Program-made: the position numbers and the translations under genes
Notes under the pieces: generated by a model
Seen by the model: only the letters and a program-made list of their open reading frames with translations
Told to the model about the DNA's origin: nothing
Database searches by the model: none
Shown here: positions 35,115-49,048 of the stretch, in pieces
Layout: every line of letters starts with the position of its first letter
Position numbering within the stretch: the first letter of the stretch is position 1
Assembly (NCBI GenBank): GCA_003427395.1
Contig: BFEA01000041.1
Coordinates: 2,162,015 to 2,226,014 of the forward strand
Direction of reading: 5' to 3'
DNA length: 64,000 nt
From: Chara braunii
Lineage: Eukaryota; Plantae; Charophyceae

Positions 35115-38100
35115 TTTTTTTTTTTTTTTTTTTTTTTTGGGAAGAAATTTGGACTTCGAATATCAATGAAAGGAGGCTGGGAATGCCTCACGAACAACCC
35201 GGGGCGTGGTCCCACTAGCAAAGAGGATCAGATCCGATGGCCGAATCTGGACGTAATTGTGGAGAGGTGCAGGAAATCGAGATTGAACTGCTTTTCTGCA
35301 CCTCTGCGTAAAACACATCCAGATGCAGGAGCTTGATCCTATCCTCTTTGCTAGTGGGACCTCGGCCCCGGAGTTTCTGGGGCGCATACCCAGCTTAGGC
35401 ATATGCTGGAAACCGGGTCCAGCATCCTATTCCTTTCTGCGTGTCCAATTCATCTTCCAAACAGTCAAAATCCAAGACGGTCTAAATACGGGGACACAAC
35501 CATGGGCAGAACGCCAACTTCCCTTCTTGCACAGACACCAAATGACTGTCCCACGCCCATGTAGGAGAAAACCACAGAGGGCCCTTCCTTTGCCAATCTG
35601 CAATATTAATAAGCCTGATTTGAATTAGGATAAGCCTTTTCTTTTTTCTTTTTTTCTTTTTCTGACCGCCTGATGGAAAAAACTGAACCTAGCCTCCCCC
35701 TTATGAGTCTCTTTCATTCTGCCTAATCCTATGTCCTATCCTCCCCCCTCCAAACCACTCAAGATCCACCAGAGCTAATGAAGAGGGAGGAAAGGGATCA
35801 GCAAACAATTCAGGTGCTCTTAAGAAAAACGCTGGTTGAGTGTCAAGCCAATTATGAAAGTTGATCTGGTAATCCCGTTTGATCCTCCCTTGCTCCTCTT
35901 CCTTCCCTGGCCATATTATTTCCCCCAATTTCTCCTTTGCTGCATCCCCTAGCCATTCCAGTAAACTTTAATATTCCTTGTTTTATGTCTGTCTCTTATA
36001 CACATCTAGATGTGTATAAGAGACAGGTGCTCCTCTTCCTTCCCTGGCCATATTATTTCCCCCAATTTCTCCTTTGCTGCATCCCCTAGCCATTCCAGTA
36101 AACTTTAATATTCCTTGTTTTATGTCTTCTCTCTGTTTAAATTCCTTGAGCTTTGTTCTCATCTTCTCCCATTGGCTTCTCAGTTCTGTTTGGACAAAGT
36201 TTTGTATTATTTCTGTCAACTCTTCACTTTCAATCTTCGCCTCTTCTATTTCGTTAATACAACGTTTGTGCCATAGAGCCCACAATATCGCTTTCCTCCC
36301 AAGATGAAAGAGGCTCTTTTGGAACACAGATAATTCTATTAGTTGAGGGTTCCAGTATCCTAATAATATTGCCCTCCATTCCCAGGGCCAATACAAGCCT
36401 GTAAATCTCTGCCACACACAGTCCCTTCGGCGCCATAACAAGACAGTGACCGGACATTGTAAAAATATGTGTTCAATTGTTTCCCTGATTTTTCTTTTAG
36501 GAAAGGTCCGTGCACAAGAGTTGCACCACGACAATGCCACTTCCTTCTGTTCGAATGTGGAGTGATCTATTAACCAGTCATTCGTTGATAGACATCTGTG
36601 CACTATCTGCCATTGTAAGGATGCAAACTTGGCAGGCCTTTCTCTAAGTCCCTGACACCACCCGATTGGTTTAAGCTCGTCTTCGTAGATGTGCAGGTGT
36701 CTTTGCCATCTGTTTTGAACCATTTCTGGGATGTTAACTTTGGGGCGCATTAGTCTATACGTTGCTTTAACTGATATGGACTGCAGCCTCATAGGTTTGC
36801 ATCTCCTATTTCAGCACCATAACCAGTCCGGAGGATCCAAGGGGAGGTCCGGGATAGGGCACTGAGGAAGGTACACTAACCATTCTTTGGTCGTTGTGGC
36901 ATACCATACTCTCGCTCTATATATTTACTCAAAGGAGACAAAAGTCACCCTGTCCTAATCCTTTTTAGCAATACTATTATCCCTGTGAATTTCGAATAGG
37001 TTGACAAAGGCACCATCCTCATGTACATCAAATATTTGCCCTATTGTCTTAAAGTTATCCTGACGATTCACCCCCACCCAATCCGCTACCCGAAAAACAG
37101 AGCCCTTTTTCAAGGAAACTATCGAGGATAGGGGTACGGCTGAAAGGATTTCATCCAACTTGTCTAAAAGTTTATGTGCGCACTTAATCTCTTTCCTAAG
37201 TTTTTTCCACGGTTTTCTAATTTTTCTGCTCAGTATCCCATCGATCATTGATTCTAATTACTCAATTCTTCACCCATGTGGACCATGGAGAATCTGAACT
37301 AATGAATACCCTCCCGTTCTGGTCCGTGATCCACCGATTGCCAAACAAGGGTTGTCTTAGGATTTCCTTGAACCTTGTCGGTATTGGCTTGTTAGGTAAG
37401 GGTCATTCCCGCCAGTATCTTAGCTGGTTCGACCAGAAATCGTCGAGATTTAGGTCTTTCCTCGCTTCCCCTCTTGCCCCTAATTCCATCGACTGTATAT
37501 GGGCTCAAGGGATGGACCAAAAACTATCTTTCACCCAAGTCAGAGGGTGAACGTCCTTAATCGTCTCGGGTGCCAATCTTCGGATCTGTTCTAACGCCCG
37601 ATCTTGGCATGACAGATCCGTGACCAGAATTAAACGTTTCAATACTTGTAATGCTAAGGTCTTACATTGGATTTTTCGGCTAGTAAGTCTCAGACCTCCT
37701 TTGTCTTTGGGTTGAATTAATGTCTGCCATGCCACTCTTGGGATCACGTGTGATGATTCGTGATCCCCTCGCCACAGAAAAGTTGTCACTTGTCTCTGTA
37801 ACTCCTTTGTAGCATTTTTACCGAGTGACCACAGTATAGCTTTGTACCAAATTGAGGCTATAACCACATTGCTGATTATTAATACCCTACCAAATATCGA
37901 TGTGTGTTTATTCCTACACAACTCCACCTTTTCTAATGCAGGGCCTGGAGACGAAATCCATAAATCGTTTGAGTTAGGTTCCCCTAGAGAAGTGAGTATT
38001 ACCCCTAGCATCCAAATAGGAGCCTCCAGGGGCAACCACTTGATCCTAGGGAGTTCACGTGGTCTATCCCCTTGAGAATGTATGCACCATCCTTGCGTTT

Positions 38101-41100
38101 TGTCACCCCAATTTACTAGCATATCCGAGAGGGTCGAAAATTTGTTCTTTAAAGCCTTGACTTCCTCCATATTGGTCATAGAAGTCTCCATCCTGATAGT
38201 TAAATCATCCGTGAACATCGAATAGATAGGAATTGCTTCCTTTGGAATGTTAGTGATCCGAAGGCGTTGAAGATTGCGGTTTGCTCTCAGGTTGACCCCT
38301 AGAGCCTCCATAATGATAACAAATAGGAATGGAGTCACCGGATCACCTTGTCTGACTGACCTTTGAAGAGGAATCTCGGGAGACAGTAGACCATTAACCT
38401 GAAATCTCGTCGTGGCATTAAGGTGAAGTAATTGCACCCACCTTCTTATTGCTGGCCCAAATTGTAGCTTAGCTAGGCAAGCGTCCAGGAGACGCCAATC
38501 GACATGATTGTATGCTTTTTCAAAATCTATGAAGATGAGAGCAATATTTTTTGTTTATTTTGCCTAGATAGCTTGATCATCTCATTGACTAGCAACACAT
38601 TGTCCTGTATGTTTCTCCCATGAATAAAACCAGTTTGGGAGGGATGAATAATGTCTGTCATTATTGGAATAAACCTATTAGCAATGACTTTTGTTAACAT
38701 TTTATAAATCACTGTCAACAAAGTAATTGACCTATAATTCCTTATGTTGTTTTTTTCTCCCTTTTTATATAGTAACGTTAGGACCCATTGACCAACAATT
38801 TCCCCCATAGTACCGGCTATCTGAATTTGATTATAGTATTTCATCAGATCTTCTGACATTGAGTCCCACATGACATCCTAAAATTCCTTCAGGAGACCAT
38901 CCATCCTTGGGGTTTTATCTTCCTCCATCTGCAGGAGAGCCGTCCAGATTTCATCCTTCGTAATTGACTCTTCCATTTTCTCTTTTTGCTCCGGGGATAA
39001 TTTTTATGTTAGTGGTTGAAAACTGCTCCGGGATTCACTGTAGTTGTGTAAAGCTTCTTAAAGAAGTCATAGGCTAGCTTTAGACTGTTTGCCGATGAGA
39101 CATACTCCAGATGAGGTGTCATAGCTGGATCTATTAAAGCTTCAATGTTTGTCTTTCTAACTCTGGTCTGTGCTAATGAAAAGAAAGAGGAGTCCATTTG
39201 CCCTTCTGATTGATATTTTGATAATTTGCTCCTAACAAGGTAGCCTTTCCAACGTTCTTGTGCGATGGTAAGTAATTATCTCCTGGGATCCTGAATATCC
39301 TCCAAATGAGGAAGTGATGTGAGATTTTCTTGTTGTTCATAAGACAATATTTTCTTCTGAATTTTCATTTCTGATCATGCTTTTGTTTAGCGAGTAATTT
39401 CAGGAATATATTAATTTTTTTGACTATGAAATAAAATTCATTATTAAACCATAATGTACATGACTCGCGTTTGTCCTTCGTGGTGTGGCAAAACTCTCAT
39501 ACCTCTTTTATATAATTTCTAAAGTCTGTCCTTTTCAAGAGGGATGAATTAAGCTTATAGAAACTTTTTCCACGGTTCAGCTTTTTCCTAAAGAACAGTA
39601 GAATGACACACATTTTGTGATCAGCTCCCGGCTATGGGCATAGTGGGAAAATGTTAGCTCCTACTATTGCATGATCCACATCTTCTGACATAAGTATCAA
39701 GTCTATTCTAGATCTGGACTGGTGGGGAAAACCCGGATTTCTGATGCATGTAAAAATACGTTATTGGAAAAAACCTTTTTATACGTATCATATAAATTTT
39801 CGGCTTCACATAACTGTTGAATGATCATTCCGTCGTCCTCTATATAAGTAGGACATGGCGAGGGGATCTTCTATCTGTCTAATCATCTATCTAGGGCTGC
39901 ATTAAAATCTCATGCCATTATGATGGGGATCCCATTTGGGGTATGATTGCGAAGTTCTTGAGAAAATTGTTTCCTTTCCTGAAATCATTAGGAGCATACA
40001 CATTTAGAATGCACACTATTTTCACTTCCAACATTAATAATGCAGAGATCCATCTTTCGTTTTCTTGATCCGCCTCCCAATGAATGACATCTGTCATGGA
40101 ATCTGACGGTATCTAGATGACAACCCCTACTGAATGATTGCGCGTCGCATATGCTTGGTACTTTTGATGCGGCCTGACCAGATTATGAGCCCTGTTGTGA
40201 ACGGGGGAATTCATTAGGTGGGTTTCCTGAATACATATCACATCTGGCCACGATCTCCCTTCTACCTCTTTTAGTTGTTTAGTGACTGTTCTTCGTTTAA
40301 TTGCATCTGCAGTAGCCAGCCCATTAATATTCAGTGACCTTAGGTCTAGATCTGCTGATTGGGTGGCCCGTAACCAGGACGAATTTTTCCATCAAAAGCT
40401 TAAAGTGTCTCCATCCTTTCTAGAGTGAGCCATTAATTATGAAGGTTACAATCTCACCCACCCCACTCTATTTAATTCTGTAGGGGTGGTGAGGAACCCA
40501 TATCGTAGAATACAACAAAGGAAGGAGGAGATTTTCGCCACTGACCATACGGCATTTGTTTTTATCTTGAGTTGTTGTGATTCAAGCAAAGCCGCATGAG
40601 AGAATCACTTAAGCCCTGATTCTTTGTTCTCCTCGAATCTCACGAAGATTTCCCTTTTGGCCATCTTGGCTTGTTTCCCACTCATTGTAAGAGTTGCTTG
40701 GGGTCTAGGATCAAAGTGTTTTGACATAAAATCATGCATATCCCTTTTAAAAGTTTTATCCCCTGTGCTTTGGTACTCAACGTGGGTCATCCATCCTCTT
40801 AATGTTACCACCCCGTATTGATCCTTGCCTACCGGGGAGAGACTTATTTCTCATTTGACCCCTTTCTTTTTTACTGGAATCACCAGGTTACCCTTGAGGG
40901 GTTGTATCCCAGTTAAATGACTATTTTCTAATATATGTTTCAATTTCTTTTTCTTACCCATATCGTCTTTCCACGTCGATATTGACGGTCGACTCTTGTC
41001 CTCCTCCAAATCTTCCTTTCGAAGGTTGGAAGACAAACTTGGGGACATTACCCTATCTCCTTCTTTCGTCTTCTTTCCTCTTTTTGCATCCCCATCCTTT

Positions 41101-43800
41101 TGAATTTTTTGCGAAGAAACACACTGGTCATTCTCCGTTGCCTCTTCTACCGTTATACCCTTTTGTCCCTCTTCTGTTTTCTCTATACTGGGGACCATCA
41201 ATTGTTCCGATTCCTCATCATTTTTTTCCTCCTTTATTGACCCCATTTTCTTTCTAGGTTCCTCCCTATCCTCAAGAGGTTGAAACATTTCTGCCACTAT
41301 TCCCAAGATTCTATGACCGACTACTGACCAGCACACTCCTTCAGGTAAGCCTTGCTTTAGCACCAAAGTGAAATTGGGGCTAGAACTTAGTAAGTTCAAA
41401 AGCTGGACGTATGAGTTGTCTCAAACTTCAAGTGTTCCCTCCCCGCATCTGACTTTCAGGGATTTAATTAGCCATTCTTCTAGCTGTTTCAATTTATCAT
41501 TCTCTGAAAGTTTTGGATCCGGCTGAGCAGTTACTTCTTCCATTTCAAAATCCGTTGTTATTGATAAGGAGTCCACCTCCATTGGCGCTGGACCAAAAAC
41601 TTCTTGGAACGGATCGTCTCCTGACTCAGTTATTGTCTCCTTTGTCTCTATGTGTTATTTGGTTGGAGGTTTCTTCCCCTTATCTTGTTTTTTAAGTATG
41701 TCAATATCCTCCTTATTTACCGGTGATTGTGAACTGTCCAAGGGTTCAGTATTCTTATTCGGGCTTGTGATTTATTTTCTCTTTCTTTTTTTCATTGTTT
41801 CCCCTTCCCGACTTTCATTGGCTAACTCCCCTTGAGTACATATGATGAGGGCTCTTTGTTCCTCTTTTTCACCTTTTTCCTTCGGATCTGACTTCTCACT
41901 CGCTTCCTTACCCAGCAAGAAAAAAAAGCCTCCCTCTTGCTGAGTGATGTAATCTAAGGATTGAGGTTCTGGTAGTGTATTCCTTTTTTTAGTGACCCCC
42001 TTCCCTCCCTTAAGGACCTGCCTCCACTGTTATTGGCGTGAATTTCCTTTCCTTTTACCTTGTTCCCCTGACCCTCCCCTATCCTCCTGTTGTGGGGATG
42101 GTTGACTTTCTTCCTTGCTTGCTGACTCTTGAGAACTAGCAGAGGAAGAAGACATTGTAGTTTGATAAAATTTTGGTCTTTTACCTGTATCTATTCCACT
42201 TGGAGAAGCGTCAGGGGGTGTCCATGTGTTTGGAGGTTTAGTTTCCCAGTATGGCTCCTCCTGGCGTTCCCAATACCACCCTTGGGTGACCTCCCCTTTC
42301 TTAATACCCTCAATATAAACCCATCCCTCATGTCCTGCGTCAACTCTGCGCCAAAAATTGGGCTTAAATGGGTTCTGGATTAGCCTACCTGTAGCTTTGT
42401 TTTTCTTTGCCGGGTTTTGTGCACACGTAGGATCCGTACTCAGGTGATCATAGGTCCATAGGCTCTACATCTGAAACACCATGGTCTTTGTTTGTGTGTC
42501 GTATGAATATGATATTCCCTTCCTCCCACTTTGTATGGTATGACATCGTCTATATTAAATGGAACATTGATTGAGTGATTGAGGACCTACATCAAGTAAT
42601 CGTCCCTTTTGGCCGCATAAGCTGAGAGCGGTTCTATGAAATCAATAATATCATAATGACTTCCGAAATCATGAATGAAGGTTGCTTGAATTTCAATTGA
42701 AACGTGTATGAATTCAACCCAGTGGTAATCCTCCATCATTTGTTTCCTCCTTTCATTAGGTCCTTGCTTTGGAAGAGACCATGGATAAATTTTGACCTGT
42801 GATCTTTCACATCTCAATTTTTGTCAGCCTTCGATTGTCTTTTTATCTGAGATGTGTAGACACAGAACTGTGAAAATAACTGTCGAAATTGGAAGAATTG
42901 AAAAATCATGGCACACTGCTTTGTAACTTCCTTTGTATGCTGACAACCTCTCAGAAATCCATTTGATTTTTTCATTAGTAGATTTGTAAGCTGTATCATC
43001 GTGAAAAACCCAATTGTTTGCATGTGCCGAGTACATTAAGTCCCTTTCTTCCAATTTATGTGTCGGATAAGTTTTAATTAACGATTTTTCCCCCCCTAAG
43101 TCAATTACCCGACTCTCTGAAGAGATAATGAATTTGGAGAGAAAAAAAACCTTTGTTGTTGGAAGATTACGCAGGGGTATCTTTAATGGTTGTGTTTGCT
43201 CCCCCTGCCTTTTGATTTCTAACTTCTTGATTAAGAGGTTCCTTTTCGCACAGTGCACCCAAGGGGAAGAACCGCCTTCCTGTTGCACCTTGTCCTAGAT
43301 TGGAGATGATCTCCCCTGGTTTTGTAATTGCTCTTGAGAAGCAGTGTTGGGAACGAGCACAATCTCTTTCTCCTCCCGGTTCGCCTCCTGCATTACGTCT
43401 ATCCCCCTCTTGCCCTCTTCACCCCTGTCCCTTTTCTGCTACTCTGGGCAAAGTGGTTGGTCTGTAAAGAACTTCTCATTGCGGATCTGCCAGAGAATCC
43501 TCATAATGAGCCTTCTGCAGACTTGGGTGATATAGCCCTAACCCAACTTGACGGATCCACGAATCTGACCAGGGGACTACGGAGTCCCCAAGATTTGCCC
43601 AGTGTTTCCTCCACCATTGTCAGATCAATCGGGAATAAGGGCAGTCCACCCCATAGACTCGGATCAGATAAAGTTTATCAGACCTTTGTTCAACAGCTGC
43701 ATTGCAGAGAGACTAGCTTCCCCCTGGAGGACTCTTGCCGCCTTCTAGTCAAGAAGTTTTTCGAGCTGTTTCCAAATTATCCGTAACAGTTATTGAGCTT
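35115..43800 (-). mobile_element. Near-full-length decayed L1/Tx1-clade LINE (ORF1 with zinc knuckle; ORF2 APE-RT-CCHC)
   Basis: ORF1 WCFRCRAY..DHLSTDPTC (~42480-42420); APE LRSLNINGL..VICIQETHL (~40345-40215); RT NYRSITLL, QTGFIHGR, VRQGDP, FTDDL (38871-37505); WCNSC..ETIEHIFLQCP and ILWALWHKRC (36792-36030); tail motif ~35404-35427; poly(A) 35115-35138. Many stops and frameshifts; 5' end approximate. Confidence 0.93.
35989..36026. other. Nextera mate-pair junction adapter (assembly artefact)
   Basis: Exact CTGTCTCTTATACACATCT+AGATGTGTATAAGAGACAG (two Tn5 mosaic ends) flanked by a ~100-bp direct duplication (35891-35990 = 36028-36127). Confidence 0.98.
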
Positions 43801-44217
43801 CTGAGACACTCCCCACGAATAGACTGGAGCAATTGTCCCCCCCCCCCCGAAAAAAAACATGATCTGCAGGGTGTTCTTTCCATCTTCTGGTAGCCAGATC
43901 AACAAACGTTTTTGAATTTTCTTGAGTTGGATGACCCTCTCATGTCTGCGACTTTTTCCTTTGGGCCATTTGTGTTTAAATAGTGACCGCTTAGCGGGAA
44001 CGCCCTTCAGAGGCAGCCTTCCGATGACTGGGCTTGACACCCGTTGGGTGGATTTGAGAGGGCACGAAACTTGGGGCTCTGCGGTTCGGGTGGAGCAGGA
44101 CAGCCCCAGTGACCTATTTTACATGAATGATCGATATACTACCGTCTTGGGCACTTGGGCCCTGCCAAAGTAAAAAGAAAAGAAGAAGCTTAGGCCGAGA
44201 AAGGTTTGCCCTCGTGG

Positions 44218-46171
44218 TTTTTTTCTTTTTTTTTTAATACTAAATGAGCAACATTTATAAAGTTGAGCCGGGAACCGGGCCCGATGTCCCTCACAAAGTT
44301 CACCGCAACTCTAAGGCTGAGCATGGCTCTCCGGCCAAGCAAAGCCCACACCACAACTGTGGCAAGATTGTACTCCTTATTCTCTTTTGAATGCAAACCC
44401 TCCGCTAACAATATCCCTTAAACCAAGTGTAACCTTATCATGAAGAAATTCTATAGACTGTACTATGAACACTGATTTGAGCACTAATTTGGACACTGTA
44501 GAAGGACAGAGCAAAAAGGGGAAGGGAGCAAAATAGGGGACGTGATCTCTGATTACTTTCACAAGTTCTGTACAACCAATTATACTACAAAAGAAAAAAC
44601 CCTGAGAAGCACAGATGGGGTTGTTGCTGTGGCAAACATTCAGTTGTGAACAGTCCTGAAAACTCAGTCCAACATGTGTTAAAAGGCTGCATTGATTTCC
44701 GCGAGTATCTTTCCGTTGAACTGGATACTCCCAGTCAGCCAAGCTGGTTTGCTTGATGAAAAAATTGATTTCAGCTCGAACAATCGGTGGTGTTACCTCT
44801 CCCCTCTCCTAGTCGCTAAGTTCCATAAGTTCCAAAGAGTCCACAATATGTCTCCTCTCAGCGTTTCTTCTGCATATGCATGTCGTCAGGAGGGAGACAT
44901 TTCTCTCGTCGCTGTTTCGAGTAGTAAAAAACAGTCCTCCATCTTGAATTGTTACCAGGAACCGGGACATTCATTTGTCATCACCAATCCCAAAAAGACC
45001 TAGAGATATCACAGTGCAAAACAAAGTGTTGCAGATCCTCCATTCGAGTTTCTGTGCATATCACACATTCCCGTCTCGCTTTGGTTGTTCGTTTAGAGCA
45101 CAACCTGATGCATCATTAGCCTGAGGAAACTGGCATGCTTAACTACAACCAAGTCCATAATTTTTTTCCAAAACATATACAATGCTTCGGTCAGTCTTGT
45201 CAGCGAGTCTTTAAACCAACCTGTTGCCAACCACTTGCGGGCTACAAGCCAATTAACATCGAATTGTGGTGTAGAAACCTATTGCCAGCCACTTACGAGC
45301 TGATTGAAAACCTTATTATACGTTGACACCATTGTTATATGGCCTATGGCACCAATTAACATCGGCTTGCTGTACCAGATGAAGGTGGTATTGTTGGTGC
45401 CATAGGCCAAAAAACAATGGTGCCAACGTATGATAAGGTTTCCAATCAGCCTGTGTGATGTCCCAGATGCCTGTCACTGTGCCAATGCCCCGACTCATCC
45501 GAACGTTCCTGAAGGCACCAGGTCCATAACATTGCAGAGGTTGTCCATCAAGTGAATAGATATACGGGTTATAAAACAATGGATGTGTGAGAATCCTCTC
45601 TGCAATTATAGGTGGTGGTTGGAGTGTCGGTGGGAGTTTCTTCCATGCCTTGAGTATTCCCCCCCATATGTCGAGCGACATTTGTTTCTTAAGATATGGC
45701 ATGAGAAGAGTTGTCAGCCAAACATGTGTAGATTTTTCCCACCTTCAGATTGATAATAAGGCCGATTCTGCCAACTGCTTCTAAGCAGAAATAGAGCCCT
45801 CCAAAATGGCCCAAACGATTCATCTTGCTAACAAAACTGTCTACCTTTCAGGGTCCAGCACAACCAGACCCCCTTTACATTTGGGTTGGGTAACAACTTG
45901 CCAAGCTAGTTTTGACAAGTAATTGTCTTCATTCGTTTCCTCTTTCCATAAGTAGTGTGTGGCAAGATGACGCACTGTCTGCAGTGAAGAGGGATTCATT
46001 TGATAAATGGATCTATGGTACCACAATGTTGAGAAGGGTGTCGTTACACACTCCTCGGGGCGTCCTTGGGCTCCGAGGATAAATCCTCGGAAAAGTCTAG
46101 GGTTTTTGTCGTCCTCGTTAGACTCATCCTTGGAGCGTTGGATTTAGGACTCATCCTCGGAGAAATGCCGG

Positions 46172-46207
<36 letters not shown>

Positions 46208-47388
46208 GTGCTGGTTTTCAGCCAATAGGGTGCCGCCACGATCAAAATTCTAGGTTGTAACGTCTCTCTACGTGCATGCCCTCTTCTCTCCGTGAAACAC
46301 GGATCCTCGGGCTCCAAAGGAGCTCGCGAGGTCCCTTGGAGTCGAGTACAATTTGGCTGGGAAATCCTTGGAGCCCAAGGATTTGTCCTCGGAGTGTTTT
46401 CACATTTTCATTTCTGATTTCATCTCTGAGGACAGGTGAAACGAAGACGAAATCCTTGGAATCACGTCCTCGAGGAGTGTCTAACGATACCCGAACAGGC
46501 ATTGTTAATGACAACAGAACGACCAAACAGACCAACTCTTTTGTGGGTCGTCCATGGCCGAAAGGAGGCTTGAAGAGCCGTCAAAGAGATGTTAGAATCT
46601 AATCTCAATTGGGGATCGAAGGAAACCTTGTATCCCAAGAGTCTTTCTTGTTCAGAGGGAATCACAACACAAAGTCCCTAATGATCAGGAGATTGAGCTC
46701 CTGGTGAGGCTGGTGGTATAAGGACAGAGGATTTTGACCACTTAACCGCCGCTTGTGAGATGTGATAAAAAAGGTCAATCCTGTCTCTCAATGTCTCAAA
46801 AGCTCGATCATCGATTGGGATAAAAGCAACAGAATCATCTGCAAAGGATTCAGATTTCAACCTATCCCCTGATGGCAACATAAAGCCTGGAATCCCAGGG
46901 TTGCTTTTAATCAGAACATGCATTACTTCAACATACTGTATATACAAGTAAGGAGCCACATGGCAACCTTGTCTAGTAACTGACCGTGAGAGGGAGACGG
47001 GTGGAGAAAGAGTGCCATTGATGTAAAGGCGTGAGGTGGCACCTTTAAGCAAGGCTTGAACTGCATGTTTAAACTTGGGCCCAAATCCAAATGCAGTCAT
47101 TGTAGCTTGAAGAAATTCCCATCCAACACGGTTGTACGCTTTCTCTGAGTCCAAAAGAATGATTGCCAGTTGATCACCCGTTGAATTCACCCATTCCATG
47201 AACCGTTCAACAGTCATAACATGGAACAGTAATTGCCTGCCTTGTAGAAACCCCATTTGCGAGGGATGGATTATCGTAGGTAAGACATGTTGCAATCGGG
47301 TTGCCAAGATTTTCGAAAAATCTTGTATACAACAGGCATCAATGTTATCGGTCTATAGTTGCAAACATCAGTACGATCCCCCTTCTTG
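44218..47388 (-). mobile_element. 5'-truncated decayed L1-clade LINE (more divergent family)
   Basis: [67 protein letters not shown]; partial tail motif 44266-44290 and poly(A). Confidence 0.92.
46036..46492. mobile_element. PIF/Harbinger-like MITE inserted in LINE ORF2
   Basis: 25-bp TIR GGGTGTCGTTACACACTCCTCGGGG / CCTCGAGGAGTGTCTAACGATACCC, 3-bp TSD GAA, many CCTCGG/CCTTGG internal repeats; removal rejoins the LINE VINNA..STLWY region. Confidence 0.88.
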
Positions 47389-47443
47389 AAAACACATTGT
47401 TTTTGTTATGCCCCCCTGTCTTTTGTTTTTGTTATGGCCCAGT

Positions 47444-47475
<32 letters not shown>

Positions 47476-48147
47476 CTTTTCTTTTTTTTTTTTTTTTTTT
47501 TTTTTTTTCTGCCTTCCATACTTTTTTTTCGTTTTCCTTTCCTTTAAATTTGGACTTTATCATTGACCTGACTGTCCCCAGGCGATTCGGACTTTTTTCC
47601 CATTCTGCTCATCTGACGACATTCGGATTCGAGCTTGTGTCCGCATTTCAACAGTTCCTGGGTGAACCAATGGCGTTAGCCCCATTGGTTGGACTTTTTT
47701 TTTTTTTTTTTTCCCTTTTCCCCTTTGAATTTGGACGACTTCTGGACGATATCGCGTGGCCCCAGTGGTCGGTTGATTGGCGGGAAGGAGATGCGGCCAA
47801 CAGGCCCAGCGCTCCACAAAGGCTTTTTTTTTTTTTTTTTCATTATTTTTTAAATGCTTCACGGAGTTGAATGCCTACTACCGTAGTCGTGAAGCAGAAA
47901 TCGCGTGGAGTTTCCTCAAGCGCACCTCTCTCCAAACATGTCCAGATTCGAGCGTTGAGGAAACTCAACTCTGCGAGTTGGACTGGGCCGGTATTTGGGA
48001 TGAACCTTTTTTTTTACTATATATGGCCAGTCGTTCTCGTCCGGGGAACAAGAAAGCGGTAATAACTGAACTTGGAGAAGGAGGAGCAGAAGAAGGGGAG
48101 GAGGAGGGGGAGGAGGAGGGAGAGGCGGAGGGGAAGGAGGCACAGTG

Positions 48148-48178
<31 letters not shown>

Positions 48179-48330
48179 ATCACAGTGTTTCTCTCTGCTC
48201 TCACTCAACCCGCTTGTAGTGTAATCTCCGGGCTGGGTGGACTTGGTGAACGAGCCAAGGACGGCCGTAACGGTTTCGTTCTGAGTAGTGTAGAGGTGCT
48301 GGTGCTTGTGCTCGTGAGAAATTAGGGTCG

Positions 48331-48438
48331 GTGTCATTCGGGACACCCGTTAAAATTGGGGCCATAAAGAGAAGATGTGCATGGCCCCTGCGCAAGGATG
48401 ACACACATAAATAGAGAAATTATCCAAAAAAAAAAAAA
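48331..48438 (+). pseudogene. U6: Full-length U6 snRNA retrocopy with poly(A)
   Basis: GTGTCATTCGGGACACCCGTTAAAATTGG..GCATGGCCCCTGCGCAAGGATGACACACATAAATAGAGAAATTATCC followed by an A-run; ACAGAGA box mutated. Confidence 0.92.
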
Positions 48439-48722
48439 GGTCAGGATGTAACTGTTGTTGGTCACCCTGAGGTGGAGGGTGTGTTTGGAAGGAGGGGAGG
48501 AGGGGGAGGAGGAGGAGGAGGAGGAGGAGGGGGAGGAGGAGATTCACTTCTCGAGATAATGAAGGGGGCTCAAGACGAGGAGGAGGAGGAAGAGTGGGGT
48601 GTTGCCGACTTGGCTTACTGGCTCTGTACAGCCTGTGCTCTTTTGTCTCCCACGTCTAATCTTAGTTTTTCTTTTTTTTTCCAATTTTTTTTTTTTCCAA
48701 CTTGGAGAACAAGCCAAGGATT

Positions 48723-49048
48723 TCATGTTTCAAATGGGACGCTGGGCCCAGTTCCCAGCACAATACCTTTCTCGGTCAAGTGTAGTATCTGTTCTGATCA
48801 GTTTAATATCTGATCCGTGGTCCATCGGGCCACATGATATTAAATTAATTTTTCTGGGCCACGGAGGGGTCAGACGGGTAGGCTTGCTTACTCGACCCCT
48901 CCAGCGTCGCCTCTGTATTGCACTGCTGCAGAGCGCGGCGCAGCCCTCCCCCCTCTAAGGGGAAAAAAAAAAAAAAAGGGTTCCCAGCACGTGCGGCTCC
49001 CCACGAATAGATTGGAGCAGTGTCCCAAGAAACAAAAAGAAAAAACAA
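48723..49048 (+). mobile_element. Minimal LINE-tail insertion (~97 bp) split by a U2 retrocopy
   Basis: 12-bp TSD AAGCCAAGGATT (48711-48722, 49049-49060); tail motif halves 48736-48761 and 48980-49018; A-rich tail. Confidence 0.8.
48763..48977 (+). pseudogene. U2: Near-full-length U2 snRNA retrocopy
   Basis: ATACCTTTCTCGG-(~14-nt deletion)-TCAAGTGTAGTATCTGTTCTGATCAGTTTAATATCTGAT, Sm site AATTTTT, stem-loop IV TTGCAC; poly(A); 11-bp TSD GTTCCCAGCAC. Confidence 0.93.

Noticed and set aside
35989-36026. Tn5/IS50 ends as a horizontally transferred element
   Set aside because: Exact Nextera mate-pair adapter.
48331-49048. Single U6-LINE chimera from 48331 to 49048
   Set aside because: The tail has its own TSD (AAGCCAAGGATT) and the U6 copy its own poly(A).
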